A stretch of DNA of 64,000 nucleotides from the NCBI GenBank assembly GCA_965112735.1, contig OZ218954.1:1364001-1428000 (forward strand), read 5' to 3'. The notes under the pieces were generated by a model, which saw only the letters and a program-made list of their open reading frames with translations, was not told the DNA's origin and did not search any database. The DNA is from Phaeosaccion multiseriatum. Its lineage: Eukaryota; Protista; Ochrophyta, other classes. Positions 12,302 to 24,902 of this stretch are shown in pieces. Every line of letters starts with the position of its first letter. Within the stretch, counting starts at the first letter, position 1. The translations under genes were made by a program, and so were the position numbers.

Positions 12302-15300
12302 ATGGCAACTACACAGGGCGACGGCGAGACGGAGGGGGCTGCCAAAGTAGACGCAGGAGCACTACAGGGGAGCGAGCCACGAGCAGCACCTGCTACGGAA
12401 GAAGGATCTTCACTCCCTCCGCCACCCCCACTGGAAGGCCCAGCAGCACGAGGAACCACAGCAGCGCCAATGAGTAAAACGAAGCTGCGTTCCAAGAGGA
12501 GGAAAGGGGGACAGAAAGTGTTGGGAGGAGTGGGAGGGGGCGACTTTAGGGCGGCTCTCTTGCCAAGGCTGGCGGCCTGGGCAGCCGACGGAGGGGGAGT
12601 CGGAGGAGAGCCTAGAGCCGGCCCAGGCCCTCTTCTGGAGGGCACGCCTCTCCCGCCCTTGCGGTGCCGCCGAGCGGGTGAGATTCAAGACACCATCTTT
12701 GCAACGTCCGAGGCGGAGATATCCTTCCCTCCAACGCTCACGCCGTTCGAGCGCCAAGGTGAGTGAGCAGGTGCTAATTTCCGTATCCTTTACTTGTTGC
12801 GCGCGCTTGCTTGCTTGGACTATTGGGGTGTGTCTGTTCGTCGTTGTGCCCACGTACAAGCCACCCGTCCCCTGCCCGCAATCAAGGCGTGATATCTTGC
12901 ACGACCCTCTTAAACCCCCCCCCCTTTCGCCTTTCGCCTCCCGTTGCTGCGCCACCATCTTCTGTGTGGCTGATCAGCGGTGCACTCCTCGGCCCTGTCG
13001 CTGGGCCTTTTCCATGCCAGCAGCGGCACCGGTGACGACCGGCATGTCATCGTGTCTAAGACGGGGCTTTTTGAGGGGAAGTGCCCCACGGCCTCCGATG
13101 CCAAGTGGAGCAGGTGGGTCGGGAGTCTTTTTACCAGAGTGGGGAGAACGGGCAGCTAAGACAGACAGACAAGACAGACCGACCGACAGACAGAAAGACA
13201 AAACCGACAGACCGACGGACAGAAAGACAAGACACACAGACAGAAAGAAAGAAAAACAGACAGACAAGCAGAGGGGCAGACCCTGGGTAGTGGACCCTTT
13301 CTCAGGGTAGACCACAGTACTGCCTGCCTGCTCCTCCTGATGTTTCTGCCCGTTCCTTAGCTTGTTCTCACCATCCCTTGCTTCCCTCCTGCCCTCTCCC
13401 CCCCCTCATCCCCTCCTCTCGCCTCTCTCCTCTTGGTCTTGCCATACTCCCCTCCTGCCCTCCCATTTCTTGCCCACAGTTTCGATCCAGCAGTGGAGAA
13501 GCCCATGGGGGTGAGGCCCTTCATGCTTCAGCCCGGCGCCGATGCGGAGACTCAAGAGTGGGTGAGCAAGCTCGAGACATTTGTCAGCGCAGGTATATAG
13601 GTCCAGAGGGGGAACAAGGGGTGGGGAAGGAGGGAGAAGGGAGGGGAGAGACAGAAGGAAGGTCTCCAACCGATGGCTACCCCTCCCACTTTAATACCCT
13701 CATTATTATGTACGCGTATCATTCTCTCTCCGCTACCATAGATTGAGTACCTCCCCCCCCCCTCCTCCCTTCAGGCTGGGAGGTGACGACGGCAACAGGC
13801 GAGGAGTCGGCGGAGGAAGCAGACAGCAGCAGCAGAGAGGAAGAACAGCTTACCGCTACGAAGCTAGCCAGCAGAGAAGAGGAGTTGACCACCAAGCTCG
13901 CAAGCTTTCCAAAAGTAGGGGATGTGGAGCACATCGTTGTGGATCAGCCAGCAGCTTTGGCTGCTTTGGTCGGGAAACTCATGGTGAGTGCGCCATCCAG
14001 ACGAGCCGGACAAGACGACCTGGGGGAGGGGGGGGGGGGACGAGGAGAGGGAGAGGGGAGACTGGAGTCTCTCGTCTCTTTACCCTCCCAATGGCGTCCT
14101 TTCACGGCGGGCACGGGCTTTGTGCCTCTTCTGTCCCCTGCCTTCTGCTCCTTCTCCTTCCTCTGTACTGCTAACGGCCCCGTCTTCCCTTTCCACTTCC
14201 CTCTCTCTCTCCCTCTCTCCCTCCCTCCCTCTCTCCCCCTCTCTCTCTCCCTCTCTCTCTCCCTCTTCCTCTCTCTCCCCCTCTCTCTCTCTACGTCTCT
14301 ACGTCTCCCTCTCTCTGTATGTGCCTCTCTCTGTCCATGTGCAGGCGAGCAGCGTTTTCGGCTTTGATGTGGAGATGCACGCAGCACGATCTGTGAGTGT
14401 GTGTGTGGGAGGGTGGGAGGGTGAGGGGCACGAAGGGAAAGAGGTACAACACCAGGGGAAGAGGGGCGTCTTCGCACCGACCTGATAACACCTGATCCGA
14501 CTTGAGCTGAACTGACCTTTGACCCTCCTTGCCCTGGCTGCTGCCCGTGTAATATGTACATGCGCAGTACCACGGCATGACCTGCCTCTTGCAGATCTCT
14601 AGCCTGGATGGCTGTGACTACCTCATCGATCCGCTTGCCAAGGACATGTGGAGTAATATGGGCATGCTCAGGCCCGTCTTCGGCAGCGAAGCCATCGTCA
14701 AGGTGAGCGGGTGTGGTGTGTCACGCGTTTGGTGGGTGGAGTGGGTGGGTTGGTGGGGGCTTGAACGCGGCTCGTCCCAAACCCCATTGACACGTATTCT
14801 CTCTCCTCCTGCTCCCTGTCCCCCTCCTCCTCCTCCTCCTCCTCCTCCACCACCACCACCACCACCACCACCACCTCCTCCTCCTCCTCCTCCTCCTCCT
14901 CCTCCACCACCACCACCGCCACCACCTCCTCCTCCTCCTCCTCCTCCTCTTCTGTACCTACCTCGAAGGTGGGTTGCGGCATAGGAGGCGGTGACGTGCC
15001 GTCCCTCTACCGAGACTTTGGCATTGTCATCGTCAACGCATTTGACATCTCTGAAGGGGCGAGAGAGCTGGGCCTTACTCAGCTCGGTCTCGTCAACACC
15101 TTACTCGAGTTTGGCGTTGCAGAAGCTTTCGATATGGTGGAGATGAAGGACAAGCACCGGATGAGAGACTGGCGCAGTCGCCCTCTACCTGCTGAGGCGC
15201 TGTGCTACGCTGCCTTTGACTCCCACTACCTTGTGCCGCTGTTCCTTCTCATGAAGGAGAAGTTGCTCTCCGAGCAGTCGTGTTTCAACCGGCAAAAGGA

Positions 15301-16100
15301 GAAGGAGGGACGAAGTGAGTTGAAACGGAGGAAACAGGGGAAGGGGGGGTGCGGGGGTAGGGCAGGGCCCCGAGAGCTGGGTAGCTGCCACCGCTCATTA
15401 CGCCTTTGTTGGTGATCGTCTGTGCTCCTTTCTTTCGCTCATGCCCTAATACGCTTCCCACCTCCTCTTCGTCTTTCTGTACTCTTGGCCGTCCCTCTAT
15501 TTTCTCTGTACGCTTTCTTCCCTTCGCTTCCAACCACCGATCCACTGCCATCCTGCTGCAGTGTCGTTCGAAGAAATGTCTCCCGCACGCTCGCACTCCT
15601 TCTGTGAGCCCAAGGTGGGCATTATTACTGAGTCCTCGTCCTCTCAACTCTCCCCGAAAATCAGTGAGGGGGATGACGGCTTTGACGGAGAAGGCTGGGG
15701 GGGGAGAGGCGGAAGAGGAGGAGGAGGAGGAGGAAGGTATAGAGACGAGGATGATATCATCTCGCAGGGCGGGAGGTCCTCGATATACGACCCGAGCGAA
15801 GACCTTGAGCGGATTGTCGATGATGAGGATGAGGATAACGACGACGAGGAGGAGGACGAGGACGAGGACGAGAGGGAGGAAGGTCAGGAGAAGGGGATCC
15901 GGGAGGAGCGGCGACAAGCCTTACTGGCAGAGGAGATGCGCAAGAGGAGTGCGGAGGTTGCGGCAAACAATCTTGCTGCGGCACTCACTTCCATGCGGAT
16001 AGAGGTGGAGCATGTGGAGGAGGAGGATGACGCTGATGAGGAGGGCAGCCAACAACAGCAAGCCTTGGGGCAACCCGCAGCCGCAGCTGGAGGAGGGAGG

Positions 16101-16132
<32 letters not shown>

Positions 16133-17972
16133 GGGAGGAGGAGGGGGAGATGAAGACGAAGATGGAGGAGAGGAAGGGGAAGACGGAGACGAAGATGAAG
16201 ACATGTGGGAAGGGTGGGCAGAACCCCTTGAGAAGCTTGAGAAGGACTGTTATAGCATGGCTACGGACAACACCATGTCTCTCTCAACCCTGTCCACACA
16301 CTCCACCAATTCGGCCGCTAGCTCTGCAGGAGGAGGAGGAGGGTCGGCTGTGATACGATTGGGCAGGGGGCCCGGCTTTAGTCAATCCCCCCGGGGAACG
16401 CCCCGGGCGAGCCTCTCCCCGGCGGGCAGTGTGTCTCCAGGGGGGAGGAGGCGAAGCTACCTGGTGGGGGGGGGGGGCGGGCACCAGAGCAGAAGGCAGG
16501 GGGGAGGAGCAGGGACCAGCGGCAGCAGCAGCAGCAGCGGCGGGAGGCATTCGAAGAGCGCATCGATGTGAGTGTGGGGGGGGTCCCTTTGTTTCACATC
16601 ATCCCGACATTGTCATACCCGCCCTGTGCCCAGGATGGGGAGGAGACGTATCTTGAGGGAAGACAGTAGGGGCTTTCAGGCTCTTATGTATCACGCATGG
16701 AAGAGTGACTCAGAGCAACGCACCCACCCACCCACTTTTCCCTCCTCTCCGCTCTGCAACTTGTGACGACTTACGGTATCCCTTTGCTTTGACTCGCCCT
16801 TCCCCTCCCTCCCTCCCTCCCTCCCTCCCTTCTTTTGTGCGTCGTGCTCGCCCTCTTGCTCCTCTGTCCCCTGCGGTGTGGACCAACCAACGTACCTTCA
16901 AACCTCTCTCCTTCTCAGGGACAGCTTGTCGTCGTCTGCTGGGCTGGCGACATCTGGCTTGGAGCGAGTGATGGAGCGGTCGGCAGCCTTCTGCCAGCGG
17001 CTCTGGCAGCCCGCTACGGTGGACGAGCGTTCGGCCTTGGGATGCAAGCACTATCAGGTGGGTGCGTGGGTGCTTGCGTGCGTGCTTGCGTGCGTGCTTA
17101 CGTCGGTCCTTGGGGGGATGGGTGCGGGTGTGGCAGCATGCCCCCCCCCCGCCACCTTGTCCCCATCCTTGCGCTGCCGATTCTGACCGAGAATCTGACC
17201 CCTTCGCCCCGACTCTGGTCCTGATCCTGACGCTGACCCTGACCCGCTCTCTCTCTCTCTCCACAATCAGCGCCTGTGCCGGAGCTCATCCTGGGCAGAA
17301 GAGAATACGGCGGCATACAAGGCGCTCTACATATGGCGGGATCAGCTTGCTCGTGCTTTGGACGAGTCTCCTCGCTACGTGTGCCCATCGCCCTTACTTG
17401 TCAACATTGCGCAGGAGCTGCCTCGAACGCAGGACCACTTGAATCGTATTGCGAAACCGTTGCCTCCGCTGTTGGAGGGGGGCAGCATCCATGCGGTGCA
17501 GTGCTTACGAATGGTGGAGGATATCGTCAACAAGAGCGCCACGGGTGTGTGTGGTGGGCGGACGTCGCGTCATGGGAGCAGTAGTGAGGGGAGTGTAGGC
17601 GGAGGTGGAAACCTCACCCCTCGGAGTCGGGGCTCTTTTCATGCGGATTTCGCGTTGGTGGAGGGAGAGGAGGAGGAGGATGAGGACGACGGGGATGCGC
17701 ATTCACCAGCCAAGACCGGTCCGGCAGCAATAGGGGAAGGAGGGGGAGGAGGAGAAGGAGGGGGAGGAGAAGCAGGGGGTGGTGGTGGTGGTGGTGGTGG
17801 AGGAGGAGGAGGAGGAGGAGGAGGAGGAGGAGGAGGAGGAGGAGGAGGAGGAGGAGGAGGAGGAGGAGGAGGAGGAGGAGGGGGAGGAGAAGCAGGGGGG
17901 GGAGGAGAATCAGGGGGTGGGTCAGCAGAAGATGCGCCCTCCCTGCCTCCTGCAGATGGACGATGCCGTTAG
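12302..17972 (+). CDS. RRP6-like DEDDy 3'-5' exoribonuclease with HRDC domain, multi-exon
   Basis: ExoI FGFDVEMH, then GMTCLLQISS..DYLIDPL; ExoII GGDVPSLYRDFG; DWRSRPL; ExoIII YAAFDSHYL; HRDC ALYIWRDQLARALDESPRYV (~17320-17460). Start codon and N-terminal exons are less certain. Confidence 0.88.
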
Positions 17973-18037
17973 GGCTCCTTTCGGGCCACAGCGCAACGAT
18001 GTAAAAGCACAACAATGTAAAGCACTGTACCCTAACA

Positions 18038-18105
18038 CAGCTCAGCTCAGCTCAGCTCAGCTCAGCTCAGCTCAGCTCAGCTCAGCTCACTCAGCTCAGT
18101 TCAGT
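18038..18105. repeat. (CAGCT)n pentanucleotide repeat in the region 3' of the RRP6-like gene
   Basis: cagctcagctcagct..., about 12 copies. Confidence 0.9.
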
Positions 18106-18458
18106 TCCACTCGGTCCAGCTCATTCGACGCTAAGCGGACGTGAAGAGAAGGGGAAGGCGCGTTCTACATTGGTGCGTGAAGAACATTGGGGTACGCCTT
18201 AGCCACGTGTGAATCGCACTGCATATTTCTTTACAATACGCAATTGGTCCCCGCGATTGAGGCACTAGGATGGTTCAAATGTAGTAGAGGTTACGTAGGG
18301 TCTACGTACGCCTCGCGAAGACATCGGCCGGCCGGCCGGCCGGCGCCCCAAACACCGAATGTGAAAGGTGAAAGGGAGGTCACAGATTTCGATGGAGAAC
18401 CAAATCCTACAGATCCCTTGAGACACCCCGCTTCGTTTTGCGCGTCGTGTCGGTGCTG

Positions 18459-20621
18459 ATGAGCCTGCACACCCCTGGGCTGGGGCTCACACAAACACTT
18501 CCCAGGCTCTACTCTGCATCGAGGGAGTTCTGCTTCTGTTTACCGAGGAGGGAGCTGAGTTTCGTGGCCCCCTCATCAATCCCCCCCTCCAGCACCAAAG
18601 AAAGGCAGGATGAGCACTGGAGAGCTGAAAGCAGAGTGGAGCAAAGGAGGTTTCGAATTGCCACGAAGAGTCGCGGGAAGGGAAGAAGGAGGAGTACATT
18701 TATCGGGGCTGTGCATCAGCCCTCAGAGGATGGAGCAGCAGCAGTGGGGGCGCGTCTACTGCTGCGACGGCAGCGAGCGGCAGGCAGACGCGTCCCTCTC
18801 TTGCACGAGCTACTGGAGAGTATACCTGGCCAGGTGCTGACGGGGCGGTCTCGTCTCCAGCGACTCAAGCGACTGCAAGACGTGCTGGACCTTGCGCTAT
18901 TGCGCTCTCCAACAGCAGCTGGGGAGGAGGAGGAGGAGGGGGAGGAGGAGGAGCAAGCTCATGCAAACGTACGTGACGCTGCCTTACCAAGGCGAAGAGG
19001 AAGAAGAAGACAAAGAAGTATGACAGAGACCGGGAGACCTGTTGATGGTCATGGGGATGATGATGGTGATGACGGGGGCCTATGTCAGCGTCGGAGTCGA
19101 GTGATGGTCGACGTGGGCTGCGATCATGGGTACCTCGCCATTGGACTGGCAGCAGGGGGGGCGAATGTTATCGCTATTGACATGGCGGAGGGTCCGTTGC
19201 AGCGAGCCAGGAGCAACGCGGAGGTGTTCTTCGTCAGGGATCGGCAGGACCAGAGACAACAAGAACAAACAAATCATGATGAGGGAAATTGTGCTGGTGG
19301 CGGTGGTGGTGGTGGGTGTGGCTTCGAGAGCGTCCGGAGTCGTCCTGGGGGGAGGGAGGAGGAGGAGGTGGCGGAAGGAGGCACACCGAAGCAGCCAACG
19401 ACGACAGGAGGAGAAAGAGAGGGAGGCCCGGAGGGGCTCGAGCTGCGCCTCGGGGATGGGCTGACGGCATTGACCAGCGAGGACAGAGGTGAGGAGAGAA
19501 ATGCGAGTGTGAATGTGGGTGTAAAGAGGGGCGGGGAAGGCGTGAGGAGGGCGGGCGCACAAAAAGTGGAAGTGTATGGCACCGCATGAAGAGACGTATA
19601 TGCGTACTTGCCATCCCACTCCAGTTTTCTAAGCCCTTGTTAACTCGCATCGATTACGCCTGTGCCAGACGATCGTAAGAGACTCTTATGCCCTTGCCAT
19701 CCTCACCCGATTCCCCTCCAACACACGAATGTCTCAGTGGACACAGTGTGTATAGCAGGCGTGGGGGTCTCTACCATGCTCGATATTCTCGAGGGAAACA
19801 CTTGCGGTGGCCCTTCTGCTGCGTCCGGGAAATGTAGTAGTAATGACGGCAAAGAAGCCATCAAAGTAGCTCAGCAGCAGCAGGGGCAGGAACAGCAGCA
19901 GGAAGAGCAGCAGTGGGTGATACAGCAACCGAGAAGCATGGCAGTCGCCAGCCCACTCGCATTGGTGCGTCAGCTTGGCGTACGGACGCTTGTGCTTCAG
20001 CCGATGGACTCTCGCCTCACCTACATGTTCCGACTGCGTAAGTGGCTATCCGATAATGGGTGGCTGGCGAGGGAGGAGAAACTCGTTACAGTGGAGAATC
20101 GGCACTACATCACCGTGCGAGCGATAAGGAGGGAGGACAGCAGCGCGAGGGTGGGATCACCAGAGAGTGCGTATCGTTCAGCAGACTACCCTGCTGGCGA
20201 CCGCGGCCAAGAAGAGCAAGAGAAAGAAGACGGAGAAGAAGCAGATCCATCTCTGGCGCCTCTCCTGTTGGGAACGTGGTCATCCACTATTGCTGCCATG
20301 GCTGCGGCACAAGAGGGCGGTACTTCCACAAGTGTTTCTTTAGACACCCGTGCTGCCTCTACCTCTCCCTCTAGCTCTATCACAACTCCGGCCTTGTCCT
20401 CCTCCTCCTCCTCCTCCTCCTCGGAGGAGGAGGAGGAGGAGGACGGCCCCGCTGGCTTTGTGCGCTATGTGCTCAAGCAAAGGCAGTGGCTGCGGCTCAT
20501 CGTCAAGCAACACAGGGAGGCACTGAGAGCCTGCGAAGAGGAGCAGACCCAGCTTGAGGTGTTGGATAGCTTCATACGTACCTGCCCCTTGCCCCTCCTG
20601 CCCCGAGCCACCGACTCTTAG
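18459..20621 (+). CDS. trmK: TrmK-family tRNA (adenine22-N1)-methyltransferase-like protein; exons 18459-19488 and 19738-20621
   Basis: Ordered TrmK motifs: KRLQ, VDVGCDHGYL, AIDMAEGPLQRA, LRLGDGL, VDTVCIAGVG, LVLQP, LRKWLSDNGW, EEKLV..Y, plus a C-terminal helical segment. GT-AG intron 19489-19737 preserves the frame. Confidence 0.85.
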
Positions 20622-21471
20622 CAGCAGCGCCACGCCTTAGGGTGCGGGCATGATGAAAGAGAGGGAGGGCAGTGGGAAGTGCTTGCTTGCTTGCTGGCGT
20701 GCGTGCGTGCGTGCAAGTGTGCGTGTGTGCGTGCGTGCGTGCGTGCGTATGGGCGTGCGCGTGGACGTGAATTGGTTGACGGATGGACACGTTTTACCGC
20801 TCTACCGCGTGCGACACCACCAGTCTCTTCATCATCATCAGAGGCTAATTATTTGTTTAGTGTAAGAGCAAAAGGCAGAGGAGGAAGGCGGGGGGACGAG
20901 GGGCATAATAAGTGCCTGGTCCACATTATGTGCAATATCTGCATCTACAGGCTTCGGCGACGTGTAGAACAACAAATGATAGTAGACTTCCGGTAGACAA
21001 GGTACTTGAAGGAAGCCTGCAGATACCGCACAGAATGTGTAAAGTACCAGGCAAGGCACCTGAAGGATCTCAGCTCCTCGTACCCAATCTGCTGCCTTCA
21101 CTTCCCTTCTCTCTAGTCTATATGATGTCTCGTATGTCCAAGGAGAAGGTCCGAAGGAGCACTCTGTCTCGGGTGCCGTGCCACTCCCTTCTTTTCCAGA
21201 CAACATACTCCTCGCCGTGTCCGCATCTGCAGCTGCGCCCTCGGCCCCTCGCGCTACCCAATAGTCTGGCGTGCCTTCCTCGACAGGCGGGCGGTTCCGT
21301 CGGGTGTCGGGACCTCCACCGCCACAGGTGGTCGAAGCTCCCCTCGCTTATCGCCCTGATGCCCTGATACCTGAGACTTGGACCCCCCATGTCCCCCCCT
21401 CTCAACTTGAAGGCCATGGGGTGGGGTGGGGTGGGATAGTTTGGGTTTGCTGCCTCTGTCTGCTCGAACTT

Positions 21472-21508
<37 letters not shown>

Positions 21509-21954
21509 CACACACACACATAACACACACACTCTCTCTCTGCGGCTTTCGCTGCTCATACAAGGCATGGACCTAGGTGCCAAGTAGCCTCGTAACTGAC
21601 CCGAGAGGAGAGATGCACGGGCTCCTTCCTGGTGATCTGGTACCTCATGCGCCCACCTTCGTTCCACGCTTTGTAGCCCTCCGCTTCAATCTTAGCATCA
21701 TAACGTAGTCTCCTCTGTGCTTGACTTCGAATCAAGCTTTGCACGGGAGTTGTGCAGCCCAGTCCTCGTTCCTCCTGCCTCTCCTCCGAGCAGCTTGGGT
21801 AAGGTTCGGTTCCGCAGAGAGTCGAAAACCCGGAGCAAGAACAGCCTCATCTCAAGAATCCCTCCCGACTGGTCGAGTAGGCCAGTTCCAACTCGATTGT
21901 CGTCAAACTATCTTACTTGACGCACATTCTCCCATTTCACCCCCCCACGTTCCT

Positions 21955-22356
21955 TCAAGCATCTGAAGCTCCGTGCTGGACGTTCTCCTCCTTCTGATGC
22001 CGCTGCCGCGCTAGATCGTTGCAATTCCTGAGGTTCTTCACTTCCGTCTGGCACTTCCGCCAGTCCCTATCATGCTCACCTAAGCATTCCTCCAAGGCGT
22101 AGTAGATCTGCGGAGGAGGGACAGGGACAAACACACATCAAAAAAAGCACGACGAGGGTGAGAGGGAGAAACAACGAATTGAAGCTGGTAGTAGGTGGGG
22201 TGGGTCCACTCCTGGGTGTTGGGTGCTCACCGTTGCGCAGTCCGACTTGTCAATGAGCTCTCCCACATCCACGTCCTCGAAATGCCCCGCCGAACCGAGG
22301 TGGTGATTCTGCGGTGCAGCCTTTGGCACAGCAACAGGGGCAGGTGGTGCACTCAT
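21955..22356 (-). CDS. COA4: Twin CX9C mitochondrial intermembrane-space protein, COA4/CHCHD8-like; exons 22231-22356 and 21955-22107
   Basis: Spliced protein contains ELIDKSDCATIYYALEECLGEHDRDWRKCQTEVKNLRNC (C-x9-C..DWRxC-x9-C), the COA4 family pattern. Confidence 0.8.
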
Positions 22357-22573
22357 ATCTCTCCTCTCCTATTAAAGAAAGAAGATAGAATAACAGGCGG
22401 TAGAAAGGGAGGAAAGAAAGAGAAAGGATGGAGAAAGAGGGTGAAAAATGAAGAAAGAAAAAAAGAAAGAAAAAAGAGAGGTTGGGGATCACCAACACGT
22501 CCACTTTCAGCGTTTTTGTGCTTTTGGCTGGTTTTTGTGTTTTTGTGTTTTCCTTTTCTCCCCCCAATTTTAA

Positions 22574-22818
22574 CACTCGATTTGCGTAAGAATCCAGCTG
22601 TAACAATCGCCTAAATCGCCCCCAAACTCCGCAAAAAGACGCTGGGAGAAGCGCTATAGCTCTTCGTGTAGCTCTTTGAGATGCCTACCGATGGCATTCA
22701 TCGCTTTTTCCGTTCCCTACTTGTCAGCATTTCTGCAAGAGCACTCCCCCCTAACTCCCCCTTCCCACCCGACACCCAAAAAACGGGCGATTTGGGCGAT
22801 TCTTACGCAAATCGAGTG
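22574..22818. mobile_element. Non-autonomous TIR element (MITE), piggyBac-like by its TTAA target site
   Basis: Perfect 21-bp terminal inverted repeats CACTCGATTTGCGTAAGAATC (22574-22594 and 22798-22818), a further internal inverted match aatcgccYaaatcgccc, and TTAA on both sides (22570-22573, 22819-22822). No transposase. Confidence 0.85.
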
Positions 22819-23443
22819 TTAATTAAAAGGGGGGGGGGGGGAATCAAGAGTACTTAAAGTAAACGACTTTGCTTCAATACCCCAATACGTTAATTTTTTA
22901 ATTATAATTAGAAATAAAAAAAACTATTAAAATAACAATATTTGATTGCTTTCAATACGATACCTGCCCTATGTTACAGATGTTACAGACCAAACTTACA
23001 CTACACCACTTATTCAGATCAGGTGCGAGAAAAAAAAGGAACTGAAATGAGCCAGACCGCAGGCTGCTGGTTGCTTCCCTCTCCCTCCTGCCTGTGCTTC
23101 CCGTGCTCATCCTTGTAGCTGTACACAGTTGCAAATCTGCTCACCAGCCCACGCTCCGTGCCTCCCATCAATGAGGCAAACATACGAAAGATGCCGGCCT
23201 TATTCTGAGGGCCTTACATGATGAACTGCAGCAGCTGATCGTCTCTCCTCGCTTCCCCCCGACCCCGGCCGGCACCCTTGTTCGTGGTTACCCTCTGCTG
23301 TTGCCTCCCGTCGTACGTTCCTTCCTTTTAGATCCTAGGATGCGCTCGGCCAACTTTTGGTACCCGTCCCCCCCTCCCCCGCCTTCGGCGAGTCGCCGCG
23401 GCTCTTCCATAAATGTCTTCTCCTTCCGGAGCGAACTACTGTA

Positions 23444-23935
23444 CTACTTCTTCTCAGCAACGGCATCAGCAACCGCGTCAGCATCAGCATCAGTAGCGGC
23501 ATCATTGATGACGGGCATCTTGAACTTCCACTCCTCCCAAGAGCCCTCGTCCAATATCAGATCGACCATGTACTTTGCCACGTTGGAGCGCCTTACCGTG
23601 CCTGCACCTGAGGGAGGGAATGAGGGAGGGAGGGAGGGAGTGGGTCGGTGGATGGATGGGTGAGTGAATGAGTGAGTGAGTGAGTGAGTGAGTGAGAGAG
23701 TGAGTGAGTGAGTGAGTGAGTGAGTGAGTGAGTGAGTGAGTGAGTGAGTGAGTGAGTGAGTGAGTGATTGAGGGAGTGAGTGAGTGAGTGAGTGAGTGAG
23801 TGAGTGAGTGAGTGAGTGAGTGAGTGAGTGAGTGAGTGAGTGAGTGAGTGAGTGAGTGAGTGAGTGAGTGAGTGAGTGAGTGAGTGAGTGAGTGAGTGAG
23901 TGAGTGAGTGAGTGAGTGAGTGAGTGAGTGAGGCA

Positions 23936-23970
<35 letters not shown>

Positions 23971-24703
23971 AGCAGGCAGGCAATCGCAATCGATCAATTA
24001 GGGTGTAAGAATGTAAGTCAGTCAGTCAGCCATTCAGTCACTGCCTCCGAGTCATCACTAACTAGCCCACTCACTCACCAAATAACGAGCCCTGCGGTTT
24101 GTCGAAGAGTGTGTAGCTGGTAACCTCACCGTCGATCAAATTAGTCGGCCTGACAACCGCCCATTCTACTCCAGAGGAGCCTAGCGAATGAAGGTATGCA
24201 GCGGCTCCTTCATTATCGGCGTGTGGAGGAAGCAGGTACCGAAGCAATGACAGCACCACTCTTTCCGAAAGCACCCGCACATCATCTTGGCCATTGGGAT
24301 TTGCAGCACCTTCAGTCCCCATCAAGATGAACTTGGTCTCCTTGTTGGAGGTGCCGATGGCCTCACACAGGCGCGTCGTGGCTTCGGTTACCAGCCTCCT
24401 AGGGTGTCCGTACATTCCCCTCAGGGTTATGTTGTGCCCGAGGCAACTGACCACCGCGTCGCAACCTTGAACATGCTCCTTCATCTGATCATCGGTGAGG
24501 TCCAGTAGGGAGGCTTCAGTCACTGCGAGGCGATCCCCGTAAGATTCCGATGTAGCGCCGCTCAAGCTCTCCAAGCTGTTGATCATGGCTTTTCTGTCAC
24601 TCACGACAACTTTCACATTGTGGCCCTTTTCCAGTAGCAAATGCACGACGTATTTGCCCGTCGCTCCACTTGCTCCCACTACTAAGGCTGTGGACAATCC
24701 CAT
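23444..24703 (-). CDS. NAD(P)-binding Rossmann oxidoreductase (flavin reductase/BVR-B-like atypical SDR); exons 24079-24703 and 23444-23607
   Basis: LVVGASGATG dinucleotide motif, CDAVVSCLGH, EWAVVRPTNL; second exon GTVRRSNVAKYM..WEEWKFKMPVI joins in frame. Confidence 0.88.
23660..23931. repeat. (GAGT)n microsatellite, intronic
   Basis: Direct inspection. Confidence 0.97.
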
Positions 24704-24902
24704 CGCAAGAGATAGGCTTATTGTTAGAAGGAGGAGGAGGGTGTGCACGCTGGAGACTCGAATGGTGGCTTGTTACCGAAAGAAAACTTTCGTCAAAACT
24801 TTCTTTCGTGGATGACCAACCGCGGCAGATGGTCGCCAATGGCGGGAGAGGGACGCCTGTACGATCCCTGTACAAAACCTGGATAAAAACGAAAGAAGAG
24901 GG

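Noticed and set aside
20860-21950. Complex sequence with short ORFs between the TrmK-like and COA4-like genes
   Set aside because: No recognisable motif or consistent splice model; probably UTR or intergenic.
24704-24748. Signal-peptide-like HTLLLLLTISLSLA upstream of the oxidoreductase ATG
   Set aside because: No upstream in-frame ATG before a TAA; it would need an unseen upstream exon, so it is not called.
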